Assembly (NCBI GenBank): GCA_045806525.1
Contig: JBJMJD010000014.1
Span: forward strand, 9,538 to 73,537
Direction: 5' to 3'
DNA from: Gaiellales bacterium
Lineage (GTDB): Bacteria > Actinomycetota > Thermoleophilia > Gaiellales > JAICJC01
Length of the DNA: 64,000 bases
The notes below the pieces were generated by a model, which saw only the letters and a program-made list of their open reading frames with translations, was not told where the DNA came from and did no database searches. Shown in pieces: positions 36,890-47,617 of the stretch (position 1 is its first letter; every line of letters begins with the position of its first letter). The translations under genes and the position numbers were made by a program.

Positions 36890-38129
36890 GGATCGCCTCT
36901 TCACGCCCGCGCGCATCAGGCTGACCGCCTGGTACGTGAGCGTGCTGGCGGCGGTGCTGATCGTGCTCGGCACGGCGCTGTACCTGGTGGTGCGCGAGCA
37001 GCTGCTGAACGGGGTCGACAACGGCGTGAAGCTGGTGGCGGCGAAGGCGACGGAGCAGTGGATCCGGGCAGACAACGTCGATGTGCACGGGCTCAGCACG
37101 GGTCCGTATACGGTCAACTTCCTGCCGCTCGAGTTAGGGGCGCCACTCGCCGTCCAAACGACGCCCGGCGGGTATATGCACCTGGATAGGGCATCGATGG
37201 AGGCTGCTTACACGAACCCGAACGGCAGCGACCTGCGCTCATCCGGGACCTCCGGCGACCGCCAGCGTGTGTACTCGGTGCGGGTGAAGGCGCCGGACCG
37301 GGTGGCGGTGATCCAGGTGACCCGCTCAACCGAGCCGGAGCACGAGGCGCTCAGCAAGCTGCTTGCGGGGCTACTGATCGGAGGCGCGGGCGGCCTGGTG
37401 CTGGCGGGGGTCGGGGGCTGGTGGCTGGCCGGCAAGTCGCTGCGCCCGGTGCGGATCGCGTTCAACCGGCAGCACGCGTTCGTGTCGGACGCGTCGCACG
37501 AGCTGCGCACGCCGCTGGCCGTGATCCGCGCCAACGCCGAGTTCCTGCAGCAGGAGCAGCCGGAGAACGTCGAGGCACGAGACATCGTCAGCGAGACCGA
37601 CCGGCTGTCGTCGCTGGTGGACGCGCTGCTGGCGGTGGCACGGGATGACGACCGCAGCGCAAAGGCGCTGCACACCCAGGTCAACCTGGCCGAGGTGGTC
37701 GAGGCCACCGTCGCGTCGTTTCAGACGGTCACGGCCGACCACGATCTGGAGCTGACACACGCCGCGCCGGACGAGCTGATGGTGATGGGCGACCGCGATC
37801 AGCTGCGCCAGGTGCTGGTGATCCTGCTCGACAACGCGGTGCGCTACACGCCCGCCGGTGGGCGAATCCACGTGCAGGCCCGGGCGGACGGCAAGGAGGC
37901 GGTGCTGACCGTGCACGACACCGGCATCGGAATCCCCGAGGAGGCGCTGCCGCGCGTGTTCGAGCGGTTCTACCGCGCCGATGATGCGCGCAACCGCCAG
38001 TCGGGCGGTGTCGGGCTGGGCCTGGCAATCGCACGCGAGCTGGTCACGCGCCACTCCGGCCGGATCTCGGTGACGAGCACCGAGGGCGCCGGCAGCACGT
38101 TCACAGTGCGCCTGCCACGCGACACCTGA
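36867..38129 (+). CDS. Sensor histidine kinase
   Basis: 2 TM, DASHELRTPL H-box, DNAVRYT, DTGIGI, GLGLAI. Confidence 0.95.
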   Translation: MHSAAGIEDRLFTPARIRLTAWYVSVLAAVLIVLGTALYLVVREQLLNGVDNGVKLVAAKATEQWIRADNVDVHGLSTGPYTVNFLPLELGAPLAVQTTPGGYMHLDRASMEAAYTNPNGSDLRSSGTSGDRQRVYSVRVKAPDRVAVIQVTRSTEPEHEALSKLLAGLLIGGAGGLVLAGVGGWWLAGKSLRPVRIAFNRQHAFVSDASHELRTPLAVIRANAEFLQQEQPENVEARDIVSETDRLSSLVDALLAVARDDDRSAKALHTQVNLAEVVEATVASFQTVTADHDLELTHAAPDELMVMGDRDQLRQVLVILLDNAVRYTPAGGRIHVQARADGKEAVLTVHDTGIGIPEEALPRVFERFYRADDARNRQSGGVGLGLAIARELVTRHSGRISVTSTEGAGSTFTVRLPRDT

Positions 38130-38188
38130 CCCGCGGCAAAGCCGGCGCAGGCCCCGCGAGCCGCGCTGCGGAGTAGATTGCCGGACGG

Positions 38189-39768
<1,580 letters not shown>

Positions 39769-39772
<4 letters not shown>

Positions 39773-40542
39773 CCGAGATCCTGCTGACACGACACGGCCC
39801 GGTCACGACCCTCACCATGAACCGGCCGGAGCTGCGGAACGCCATCGGCCCCTCGCTGATCGCCCAGCTGACGCAGCTGTTCGCCGCGCTGGCCATGGAC
39901 GACTCACGCGTGATGGTGCTGACCGGTGCCGGCTCCGCCTTCTCGGCCGGCGCCGACATCGACTGGATGCGTGCCAGCCGCGACCTCCCCCACGAGCAGA
40001 ACGTCGGCGACGCTGCCGCCGCCCGCACCATGTTCGAGACGATCGACTCGTTCCCGAAGCCCGTTATCGCACGGGTGAACGGCCACGCGCTGGGCGGCGG
40101 CATCGGCCTTGTTGCCTGCGCAGACATCGCGATTACTGTGCCGGACGCCGTGTTCGGCTTCTCCGAAGTGCGCCTGGGCCTGATCCCGGCCATGATCTCC
40201 CCCTATGTGCTGCGCTCCATCGGCCCCGGACACGCCCGCGCGCTGTTCACCAGCGGCCGTCGCTTCGGCGCGGCCGAGGCGCTGTCGCTCGGCCTCGTCC
40301 ACGCTGTCGTCGAGCCGGACGCCCTGGACGCCGCCGTGGCCGAAGCGGCTGCCGACATGCTGCGCGGGGGACCGGTCGCGATCGCCGAGGCCAAGCGCCT
40401 GATCCGCGATGCCACCGCCCCGCTGGCGCTGCCCGACCTGGCCGAGCGGCTGGCCGCACTGCGGGCCGGCCCCGAGGGCCAGGAGGGCCTGACCGCGTTC
40501 CTGGAGAAACGGGACCCGGGATGGACATCCGGCGCATCCTGA
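39769..40542 (+). CDS. Methylglutaconyl-CoA hydratase (crotonase family)
   Basis: [22 protein letters not shown]; lies between the MCC subunits. Confidence 0.85.
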
Positions 40543-42236
40543 TCGCCAACCGCGGCGAGATCGCGGTGCGCGTGATCCGCGCCTGCCGGGAGCTCGGCAT
40601 CGACCCGATCGCCGCCTACGAGCCGGACGACCGCGACGCCCTGCACGTCGCACTGGCCGCCGAGGCGCGCGAGGTGGACAGCTACCTGAACGCGGACGCG
40701 CTGGTGGCGGCCGGCGAGGGCTGCGATGCCGTCCACCCTGGCTACGGCTACCTGGCCGAGAACGCCGACTTCGCCGAGGCGGTCGCCCGCGCCGGTCTGC
40801 GCTGGATCGGCCCTCCGCCATCCGCCATGCGGGCGCTGGGCGACAAGATCGAGGCCCGCCGGCTGGCCGAGGCTGCCGGCGTCCCCGTCGTGCCCGGCTA
40901 CGCCGGCGTGCTGTTGGACGACGAGACGCTGCTGGCCGAAGGCCTGCGGCTGGGCCCGCCGCTGCTCGTGAAGGCCGCGGCCGGCGGCGGCGGCCGCGGC
41001 ATGCGGGAGGTGGACGACCCAGCCGACCTTCCGGATGCGATCGCCGCCGCTCGCCGCGAGGCCGCCGCGGCGTTCGGGGACGACCGCGTGTTCCTCGAGC
41101 GGAGGCTGGCCGCGGCTCGCCACGTCGAGGTGCAGATCCTGTGCGACTCACACGGCCGCGCCGTCCACCTGGGCGAGCGCGACTGCTCGATCCAGCGCCG
41201 CCACCAGAAGATCGTCGAGGAGTCACCCTCGCCCGCCGTCGACGGCGAGCTGCGCTCGCAGCTCGGCGATGCGGCCCTGGCGGTGGCCGCGGCAACCAGA
41301 TATGAGGGCGCCGGTACCGTCGAGTTCCTGCTCGACGGCGACGGCGGCTGGTGGTTCCTCGAGCTGAACGCGCGCCTGCAGGTCGAGCACCCCGTCACCG
41401 AGGCCGTCTGCGGCATCGACCTGGTACGCGCCCAGATCGAGGTGGCAGCCGGCCTGCCGCTGGAGCTGGAGCAGGCCGATGTCGTTCCGCGCGGTCACGC
41501 CATCGAGAGCCGTCTCTACGCCGAGGATCCCGCGGCCGGCTTCCTGCCCGCCACCGGCACGCTGCACCGCTTCCGGCTGCCGGCCTGGCCCGGCGTGCGC
41601 TGCGACAGCGGTGTCCGCGAGGGCGACACCGTCGGCACCCGCTACGACCCGCTCCTCGCCAAGCTGATCGCCCATGCCGCTGACCGCGACGCCTGCGTCG
41701 AGAAGCTGTCGGCAGCCCTCGCCGACGTGGTCGTCCTGGGCGTGACCACCAACCTCGGATTCCTGCGCTGGGCGCTCGGCCACCGCCGGTTCCGAAGCGG
41801 AGAGGCGACCACGGCGTTCGTGGCCGAGCAGTGGTCGCCGGAGCTGGTGCCGCCGCTGCCCGAGGGCGCCGCCGCTGCCGGGGACGACCTCTGGCACCAG
41901 CTCGCGGACGCCGACGCCGGCGACGACACCGAGCTGATCGTCGAGGGCGAGCACGCCCTGTACCGCGGCTGGGCCCACCGGCTGGCCGCCGACGACCAGG
42001 AGCCGGTCGCCATCGCAGCCGCGGCCGGGTCGCTGTCGGCGCCGATGCCGGGAACCGTGCTCGAGGTGCTGGTGTCGCCGGGTGACGCCGTCTCGGCCGG
42101 CCAGGTGCTGGTGCTGCTCGAGGCGATGAAGATGGAGCTGGCCGTGCACGCGCCGGCGGACGGCACCGTCTCGGCGGTGCATGTGTCGGGCGGCGAGCTG
42201 GTACGGGCCGGGCAGCCGCTGGCGGAGGTCGAGTGA
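40521..42236 (+). CDS. 3-methylcrotonyl-CoA carboxylase biotin carboxylase/BCCP (alpha) subunit
   Basis: [37 protein letters not shown] biotin site. Confidence 0.92.
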   Translation: MDIRRILIANRGEIAVRVIRACRELGIDPIAAYEPDDRDALHVALAAEAREVDSYLNADALVAAGEGCDAVHPGYGYLAENADFAEAVARAGLRWIGPPPSAMRALGDKIEARRLAEAAGVPVVPGYAGVLLDDETLLAEGLRLGPPLLVKAAAGGGGRGMREVDDPADLPDAIAAARREAAAAFGDDRVFLERRLAAARHVEVQILCDSHGRAVHLGERDCSIQRRHQKIVEESPSPAVDGELRSQLGDAALAVAAATRYEGAGTVEFLLDGDGGWWFLELNARLQVEHPVTEAVCGIDLVRAQIEVAAGLPLELEQADVVPRGHAIESRLYAEDPAAGFLPATGTLHRFRLPAWPGVRCDSGVREGDTVGTRYDPLLAKLIAHAADRDACVEKLSAALADVVVLGVTTNLGFLRWALGHRRFRSGEATTAFVAEQWSPELVPPLPEGAAAAGDDLWHQLADADAGDDTELIVEGEHALYRGWAHRLAADDQEPVAIAAAAGSLSAPMPGTVLEVLVSPGDAVSAGQVLVLLEAMKMELAVHAPADGTVSAVHVSGGELVRAGQPLAEVE

Positions 42237-43090
42237 CCCCGGCCCGCGTCACCGTGGTCGAGGTCGGGCCCCGGGACGGCCTCCAGAACGAGGCCGCGAT
42301 CGTGCCCACCGCCGCCAAGGTGCGGTTCATCGAAATGCTGGCCGCAGCCGGCTTGCCGGTGGTCGAGGCCACCTCGTTCGTGCACCCGGCCGCGGTGCCG
42401 CAGCTGGCCGACGCCGACCAGGTGCTGCCCGCGATCGCCCGCCGGCCCGGCGTCCGCTATCCGGTGCTGGTGCCGAACATGCGCGGCATGGAGCGGGCGG
42501 TCGCCGCCGGCGCCGACGCGATCGCGGTGTTCACCGCGGCATCGGAGGCGTTCTCGCAGGCCAACATCCGCATGACCATCGCCGAGTCGCTGGAGGCGTT
42601 CGCGCCCGTCCTTCAAGCCGCCCGAGCGGCCGGCATGTGGACGCGCGGCTACGTGTCGACGGCCTTCGGCTGCCCCTACCAGGGCGAGGTCGACCCGTCC
42701 GCCGTCGCCGACGTGGCTGTCGCGCTTCACGAGCTCGGCTGCGACCAGATCTCGGTCGGCGACACGATCGGGGTGGCCGAGCCCGACGACATCGGCCGCG
42801 TCCTTTCGCCGCTGGTCGATCGGCTGCCGGCCGAGCGGCTGGCGCTGCACCTCCACGACACGCGCGGCCGCGCCATCGACAACGCCGCGGCCGGCCTGCG
42901 CCTCGGCATCACCACCTTCGATGCCTCCGCGTCCGGCCTGGGAGGATGCCCGTTCGCGCCCGGCGCACCGGGCAACCTGGCCACCGAGACGCTGGTCTCA
43001 TGGCTGCACGGCCTCGGCATCGAGACCGGCGTGGAGGGGCCGGCGCTGCTCGAGGCGTCGGCCTACATCCGCTCCCAGCTGGGCGCTTAG
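42233..43090 (+). CDS. Hydroxymethylglutaryl-CoA lyase
   Basis: EVGPRDGLQNE, HLHDTRG, GLGGCPFAPGA.GN. Confidence 0.95.
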   Translation: MTPARVTVVEVGPRDGLQNEAAIVPTAAKVRFIEMLAAAGLPVVEATSFVHPAAVPQLADADQVLPAIARRPGVRYPVLVPNMRGMERAVAAGADAIAVFTAASEAFSQANIRMTIAESLEAFAPVLQAARAAGMWTRGYVSTAFGCPYQGEVDPSAVADVAVALHELGCDQISVGDTIGVAEPDDIGRVLSPLVDRLPAERLALHLHDTRGRAIDNAAAGLRLGITTFDASASGLGGCPFAPGAPGNLATETLVSWLHGLGIETGVEGPALLEASAYIRSQLGA

Positions 43091-43255
43091 ATGATTGATT
43101 CCACGAGCTACGCGGCGCCGGATCTTGTCTGGGACACGCCGGACGCCACGATCGTCCTTGGCCAGGACAAGCCCAGCCTGCCCTGCGGACGCTCCCGACG
43201 CCCGGCGCGCCCCATCCTGCGCCCAGCATCCATGCGTCCCGTGGATTCAACCATC
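43090..43255. mobile_element. MITE-like element, about 166 bp, with 16-bp imperfect terminal inverted repeats
   Basis: Left GATGATTGATTCCACG versus right CGTGGATTCAACCATC (14/16); internal hairpins; left end repeated at 7709-7740. Confidence 0.55.
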
Positions 43256-43720
43256 GCTCTCCGAGATCTTCACGCTCTCCATGCGTACGTCCTCGACCGG
43301 GCGGTCGCGGGCGTCGGTCTCGATCGCCTGGATCGTGTCGACCACGTCCATGCCGCTCGTTACCTGCCCGAACGCCGTGTGCTTGCCGTCCAGCCACGGC
43401 GTCGCCGGTGCCGTCACGATGAAGAACTGGCTGCCGTTCGTGTTCGGCCCTGCGTTGGCCATGGCCAGTGTGCCCCGCACGATCGGGTGGTCGTTGATCT
43501 CGTCGTCGAACTTGTAGCCGGGGCCGCCGGTGCCGATGCCCTCCGGGCAACCGCCCTGAATCATGAAATCAGGTATCACGCGGTGGAAGACCAGCCCGTC
43601 GAAGAAGCCCTCTCCGGCCAGCTTGGTGAAGTTGGCCACGGTCTTGGGCGCGTCGTCGGAGAAAAGCTCCAGCTCGATCGTTCCGTGGTTGGTCTCGATG
43701 GTGGCATTGGTGTTGGCCAT
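43247..43720 (-). CDS. Cyclophilin-type peptidyl-prolyl isomerase
   Basis: [39 protein letters not shown]. Confidence 0.97.
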   Translation of the reverse strand: MANTNATIETNHGTIELELFSDDAPKTVANFTKLAGEGFFDGLVFHRVIPDFMIQGGCPEGIGTGGPGYKFDDEINDHPIVRGTLAMANAGPNTNGSQFFIVTAPATPWLDGKHTAFGQVTSGMDVVDTIQAIETDARDRPVEDVRMESVKISESDG

Positions 43721-43790
43721 GTGGGGCTCCAGTGGTCGCGTTTTGAGTCCCGCACTGTAGTCCGTCCGACCTGCGCGTCAGGCTGCCCAT

Positions 43791-44264
43791 ATGCACTGGT
43801 ACACCGACGTCATCAAGAAGTACGCGGTTTTCAACGGCCGGGCGGCACGTCCCGAGTTCTGGTGGTTCGTGCTGATCAACCTGATCATCGCCGCCGTCAT
43901 CAACCTCGTTTTCAGCGCGATCGGTGGACGCAACACCGGACAGGTCGTCAGCGACATCTACTCGCTGGCCGTGCTGCTGCCCAGCCTCGGCGTCGGCATT
44001 CGCCGCCTGCACGACACGAACCGCAGCGGCTGGTGGTACCTGCTCGTGTTTATCCCGATCATCGGCTGGATCGTGCTGATCGTGTTCCTGGCAATGGCGA
44101 GCGACCCCGGACCGAACAGGTACGGCCCGAACCCGCAGAACCCCGACGCAGGCGCGGGCGGCATGCAGTTCGATCCGCAGACGGGCGAGCGCCTCTCACC
44201 CACGCCGCGCTTCGATCCGCAGACGGGGCAGCCCCTGACGCCGCCGTCCGACCCACCGGCCTGA
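43791..44264 (+). CDS. DUF805 (YhaH-like) membrane protein
   Basis: YAVFNGRAARPEFWWF, RRLHDTNRSGWW, PNRYGP. Confidence 0.93.
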   Translation: MHWYTDVIKKYAVFNGRAARPEFWWFVLINLIIAAVINLVFSAIGGRNTGQVVSDIYSLAVLLPSLGVGIRRLHDTNRSGWWYLLVFIPIIGWIVLIVFLAMASDPGPNRYGPNPQNPDAGAGGMQFDPQTGERLSPTPRFDPQTGQPLTPPSDPPA

Positions 44265-44276
44265 CGGCGCCCGCGC

Positions 44277-47200
44277 TCAGCGCGACGCGCAGCGGCCCAG
44301 CGCCGGCTCGGCGCCCACCCGCTCGTAGACGGCGCGGGCCTCACCCACGCGACCCATCAGCTCCAGACAGCGGGCCTGCTCGAACACGCAGCCGAGCCGC
44401 CGGAAGCCGGCCTCGGCCCGGGCCAGTGCCAGCTCGTCGCCGGCCAGGCCGCGGGCGCGATCGATCTGGGCAACGGCCCGCGGCAGCTGGTCGCTGCCGC
44501 TGAGCGCGTCGACCGTCGCAAGCGTCTCGTCCAGGTCGTCCCAGCGCCCGAGCGCGGCCTGCGCCTCGGCGGTGACCGCGAGCACCCAGATCCGCGAGAA
44601 CGGCACCGACGCCACCCGCTCCAGGGCCAGCTGCGGCTCGCCGGCGCCGAGCAGCGCGTGCGCGACGATCAGATCGAACTGGGCCGGCACGCGACCGATC
44701 CGCCGCTCGATCGTGTCGGCCCGCTCGTTCTGGCCGCGCAGCAGGTGGACGGCCGCGGCCACGCCTCCGACCAGGCCCGGCACGTTCAGGCGCCGCCCGG
44801 GGCCGTCCTGACGGAACACCTCCAGGAAGCTGTCGTGGGCGCGCAGCGCGTCGTCCCAGCGATCCCAGTAGAAGTACGCCTCGACGCGGGTGCGCGCCGG
44901 ATACGCCACCCACCGGCGATCGCCGCCGGCCACCAGCTCGTCGGCGAGATCCGCCGCCGCCACGGCTCCGGCGTAGTCGCCCAGCGCGGTGCGGTGGCGG
45001 GCCGTCGCCGCGCAGATGTCCATCTGCTCCTCGCGGAAGGCGATGCTCCGGATCAGCGACATGCGCCGCTCGAAGGCCTCGGACGCCTCCTCGAACCGGC
45101 GCAGCGCCACCAGCAGCGTCGCCCGCGCATCCAGCGCGGCCGAGATCACGAGCGGACCCGAGCGCTCCAGCCGCTCGGCGATCGCGAGCGCCTGGTCGGC
45201 CACCTCGAGCGCCTGCTCCTGCGGTGGGTCGGTGTGCTCGAATCGCCACACCACCAGTGCCTTGGCGACCAGCAGCCGGGCCTGCAGCACCGACGCGTCG
45301 GCCGATAGCGCATTGCGCAGGCCCTCGTCGATCTCTGCCTCGATCGCCTCGCGGGTGGGTGCCGCCCGCAGGTGCAGGCCGCCCCAGCGGGTCGGAAGAT
45401 CGACCCACTTCCACGACAGCCGTGCCATGTCGTGCTCACCCAGGCCGGCTCGGTGGCCGTGCTCCAGCGCCTGGCCGTAGGCGTCGAGCGCGTCGTCCAG
45501 CTGCTCGGCCATCCAGTAGGCGTCGCCGACGGCCTCGGCCGCCAGCGAGCGGTCGCGCTCGCCGTTCGCCAGCGACTGGGCCAGCCCGGCCTGGCGCAGA
45601 GCCAGGCCGTGCGCGTACACCTTTCGTGCCTCCGACGCCGCCCGCAGGAGCATGCGGACGGCATCGGGACGTGCCTCCGACGTTCCCAGCGAGACGGCCG
45701 ACGCGTAGTGGCCGGCCACGGTCTGCGGCTCGGCGTCGCGGCGGTCCTCCAGCCAGCGGGCCAGCTGCATGTGGATCCTGCCCCGCTCGCTGCGGGGCAT
45801 CGTCTCGTAGGCGACGTCGCGAATCAGCACGTGCTTGAAGCCCCAGCCCGAGCCGAGCGCGATCAACAGGTCGCGGCGTGACAGGTTGGCGATCAGCCGC
45901 TTGTGCACACCCTCCGGATTGATCACCGCCAGCTCTTCGTCGCCGAACGTGCGGCCGATCACCGCCGCCCGCTGCATGAAGCGCTTCTCCTCGACCGGAA
46001 GCAGGTCGAGTCGTGCCGCGATCACCCCCTGCACGGTCAGCGGCATCGCGTCGCCGCCCTCAGCCGCCATCGCCAGCAGCTCCTCGAGGAAGAACGGGTT
46101 GCCCCCGGCCAGCTCGACCGCCTGCCGCGCGTCCTCATCGTCGGACGGCAGCGCCCCGGCCAGGCGCTGCATCTCGGACTGCTCGATCGCATCCAGCGTG
46201 ACAACGGTGGCGTTCCGGATCCCAGAGCCCCAGTCCGGCCGCGCCCGCAGCAGATCGTCCCGGGCCATGCAGAGGATCACCAGCGGCCCGCGGATGTCGC
46301 CGGTGGCGAGCGACTCGACCAGGTCGAGCAGCGCCGGCTCGGCCCAGTGCACGTCCTCGAGCACCACAAGCACCGGCTGCAGGCCCGACAGCGCCGTCAG
46401 CACCAGACGCCAGGCGTCGCGGCCGCGGCCCATATCCTCGAAGTCGTCGTCGGGCGGCGGCGAAGGGTCGTCATCGCCGGACAGACCCGCGGTGCGAAGC
46501 ACGTCGTCGATCTCCCGCTCGCGGCCGTCGCCCAGGAGCGCCCGCAGACGCAGCTCGGCCTGGCTTCGGGCCTGCTCCCGCGGCGCGTCGCCGGCGATGT
46601 CCGCAGCCCGCAACAACACCTCCGAGAGCGGAGCGTAGGGACCGCCCTCGCCGTAGGGCAGGCAGCGCCCCAGCCAGACGACCGGAGGCTGCGGCTGCAG
46701 CTGCAGCTCGATCACGACCTCCTCGGCCAGCCGGCTCTTGCCGATGCCGGGCTCGCCGATCACCGTGATCAGATGTGGGCGCCGGTGCTCCACCGCGCGC
46801 GACACCAGCGAGGTGATCAGCGAGAGCTCGCCCGTGCGTCCCACGAACGGGCCTCGGGAACGGCGACGGCGGTAGGCGGTGGCCGGCGCGAGGCCGGCCA
46901 CGGCATAGGCGACGACCGGCCCGCCGCGGCCCTTCACGACCAGCGACCGCGGCTGCATGGTGCGAACGATCGGCTCAAGCGCCCGGAAGGTGGGCTCGCC
47001 GATCAGCACCTCGCCCGGCTCGGCGGCCTGTTGCAGCCGCGCGGCCAGGTTCACGATCTCGCCGGTGACCAGGAAGTCGCGGCCGGGCGTGGTGCCGGCG
47101 ACGACAACGCCCGTGTAGATGCCGATCCGCAGGTCGCAGTCGACGCCGTGCCGGCGACCTACGCTGGTCAGCCGCGAGATCATGGTCAGGGCCGCGCGGA

Positions 47201-47519
47201 CGGCCCGCTCCGGGTCGTCCTCGTGCGACTGGGGAACGCCGAACACGGCCATCACGGCGTCGCCGATGAACTTCTCGACCGTCCCGCCGAACGCGGCGGC
47301 GGCCTGCGACAGCTCGCTGTAGACATCAGCCAGCAGCGCGCGCAGATGCTCCGCGTCGACCCGCATCGCCAGCTCGGTGGAACCGGCCAGGTCGGCGAAC
47401 AGCACGGTGGCCAGCTTGCGCTCTTCGCCTCCCGCCGACTCCGGGGTCAGGGGCCGGCCACAGTTGGGACAGAAGCGCGCGCCGTCAGGCACGGCGCCGC
47501 CGCACGACGGGCAGGTCAA
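44277..47519 (-). CDS. Zn-ribbon + class III nucleotide cyclase + STAND/AAA ATPase + TPR-like protein
   Basis: CPSC/CPNC, VLFADLAGST, EKFIGDAV, VNLAARLQ, GEPGIGKS, LEDVHWA, GNPFF; probable TTG start at 47519. Confidence 0.9.
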   Translation of the reverse strand: MTCPSCGGAVPDGARFCPNCGRPLTPESAGGEERKLATVLFADLAGSTELAMRVDAEHLRALLADVYSELSQAAAAFGGTVEKFIGDAVMAVFGVPQSHEDDPERAVRAALTMISRLTSVGRRHGVDCDLRIGIYTGVVVAGTTPGRDFLVTGEIVNLAARLQQAAEPGEVLIGEPTFRALEPIVRTMQPRSLVVKGRGGPVVAYAVAGLAPATAYRRRRSRGPFVGRTGELSLITSLVSRAVEHRRPHLITVIGEPGIGKSRLAEEVVIELQLQPQPPVVWLGRCLPYGEGGPYAPLSEVLLRAADIAGDAPREQARSQAELRLRALLGDGREREIDDVLRTAGLSGDDDPSPPPDDDFEDMGRGRDAWRLVLTALSGLQPVLVVLEDVHWAEPALLDLVESLATGDIRGPLVILCMARDDLLRARPDWGSGIRNATVVTLDAIEQSEMQRLAGALPSDDEDARQAVELAGGNPFFLEELLAMAAEGGDAMPLTVQGVIAARLDLLPVEEKRFMQRAAVIGRTFGDEELAVINPEGVHKRLIANLSRRDLLIALGSGWGFKHVLIRDVAYETMPRSERGRIHMQLARWLEDRRDAEPQTVAGHYASAVSLGTSEARPDAVRMLLRAASEARKVYAHGLALRQAGLAQSLANGERDRSLAAEAVGDAYWMAEQLDDALDAYGQALEHGHRAGLGEHDMARLSWKWVDLPTRWGGLHLRAAPTREAIEAEIDEGLRNALSADASVLQARLLVAKALVVWRFEHTDPPQEQALEVADQALAIAERLERSGPLVISAALDARATLLVALRRFEEASEAFERRMSLIRSIAFREEQMDICAATARHRTALGDYAGAVAAADLADELVAGGDRRWVAYPARTRVEAYFYWDRWDDALRAHDSFLEVFRQDGPGRRLNVPGLVGGVAAAVHLLRGQNERADTIERRIGRVPAQFDLIVAHALLGAGEPQLALERVASVPFSRIWVLAVTAEAQAALGRWDDLDETLATVDALSGSDQLPRAVAQIDRARGLAGDELALARAEAGFRRLGCVFEQARCLELMGRVGEARAVYERVGAEPALGRCASR

Positions 47520-47617
47520 ACCGGGTGCCTGGTGCTGCGCCTGTCCACGACGATGGGTCCCATGAGGGCCGTAGGATACCCTTGCGCGGTTCCCTCTCCC
47601 GACCACAGCGAGGACCC

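Noticed and set aside
43091-44503. 470-aa ORF starting MIDSTSYAAP, similar to the Upp N-terminus
   Set aside because: The similarity comes from the DNA repeat. The rest of the ORF is antisense to the cyclophilin and out of frame with the DUF805 gene.
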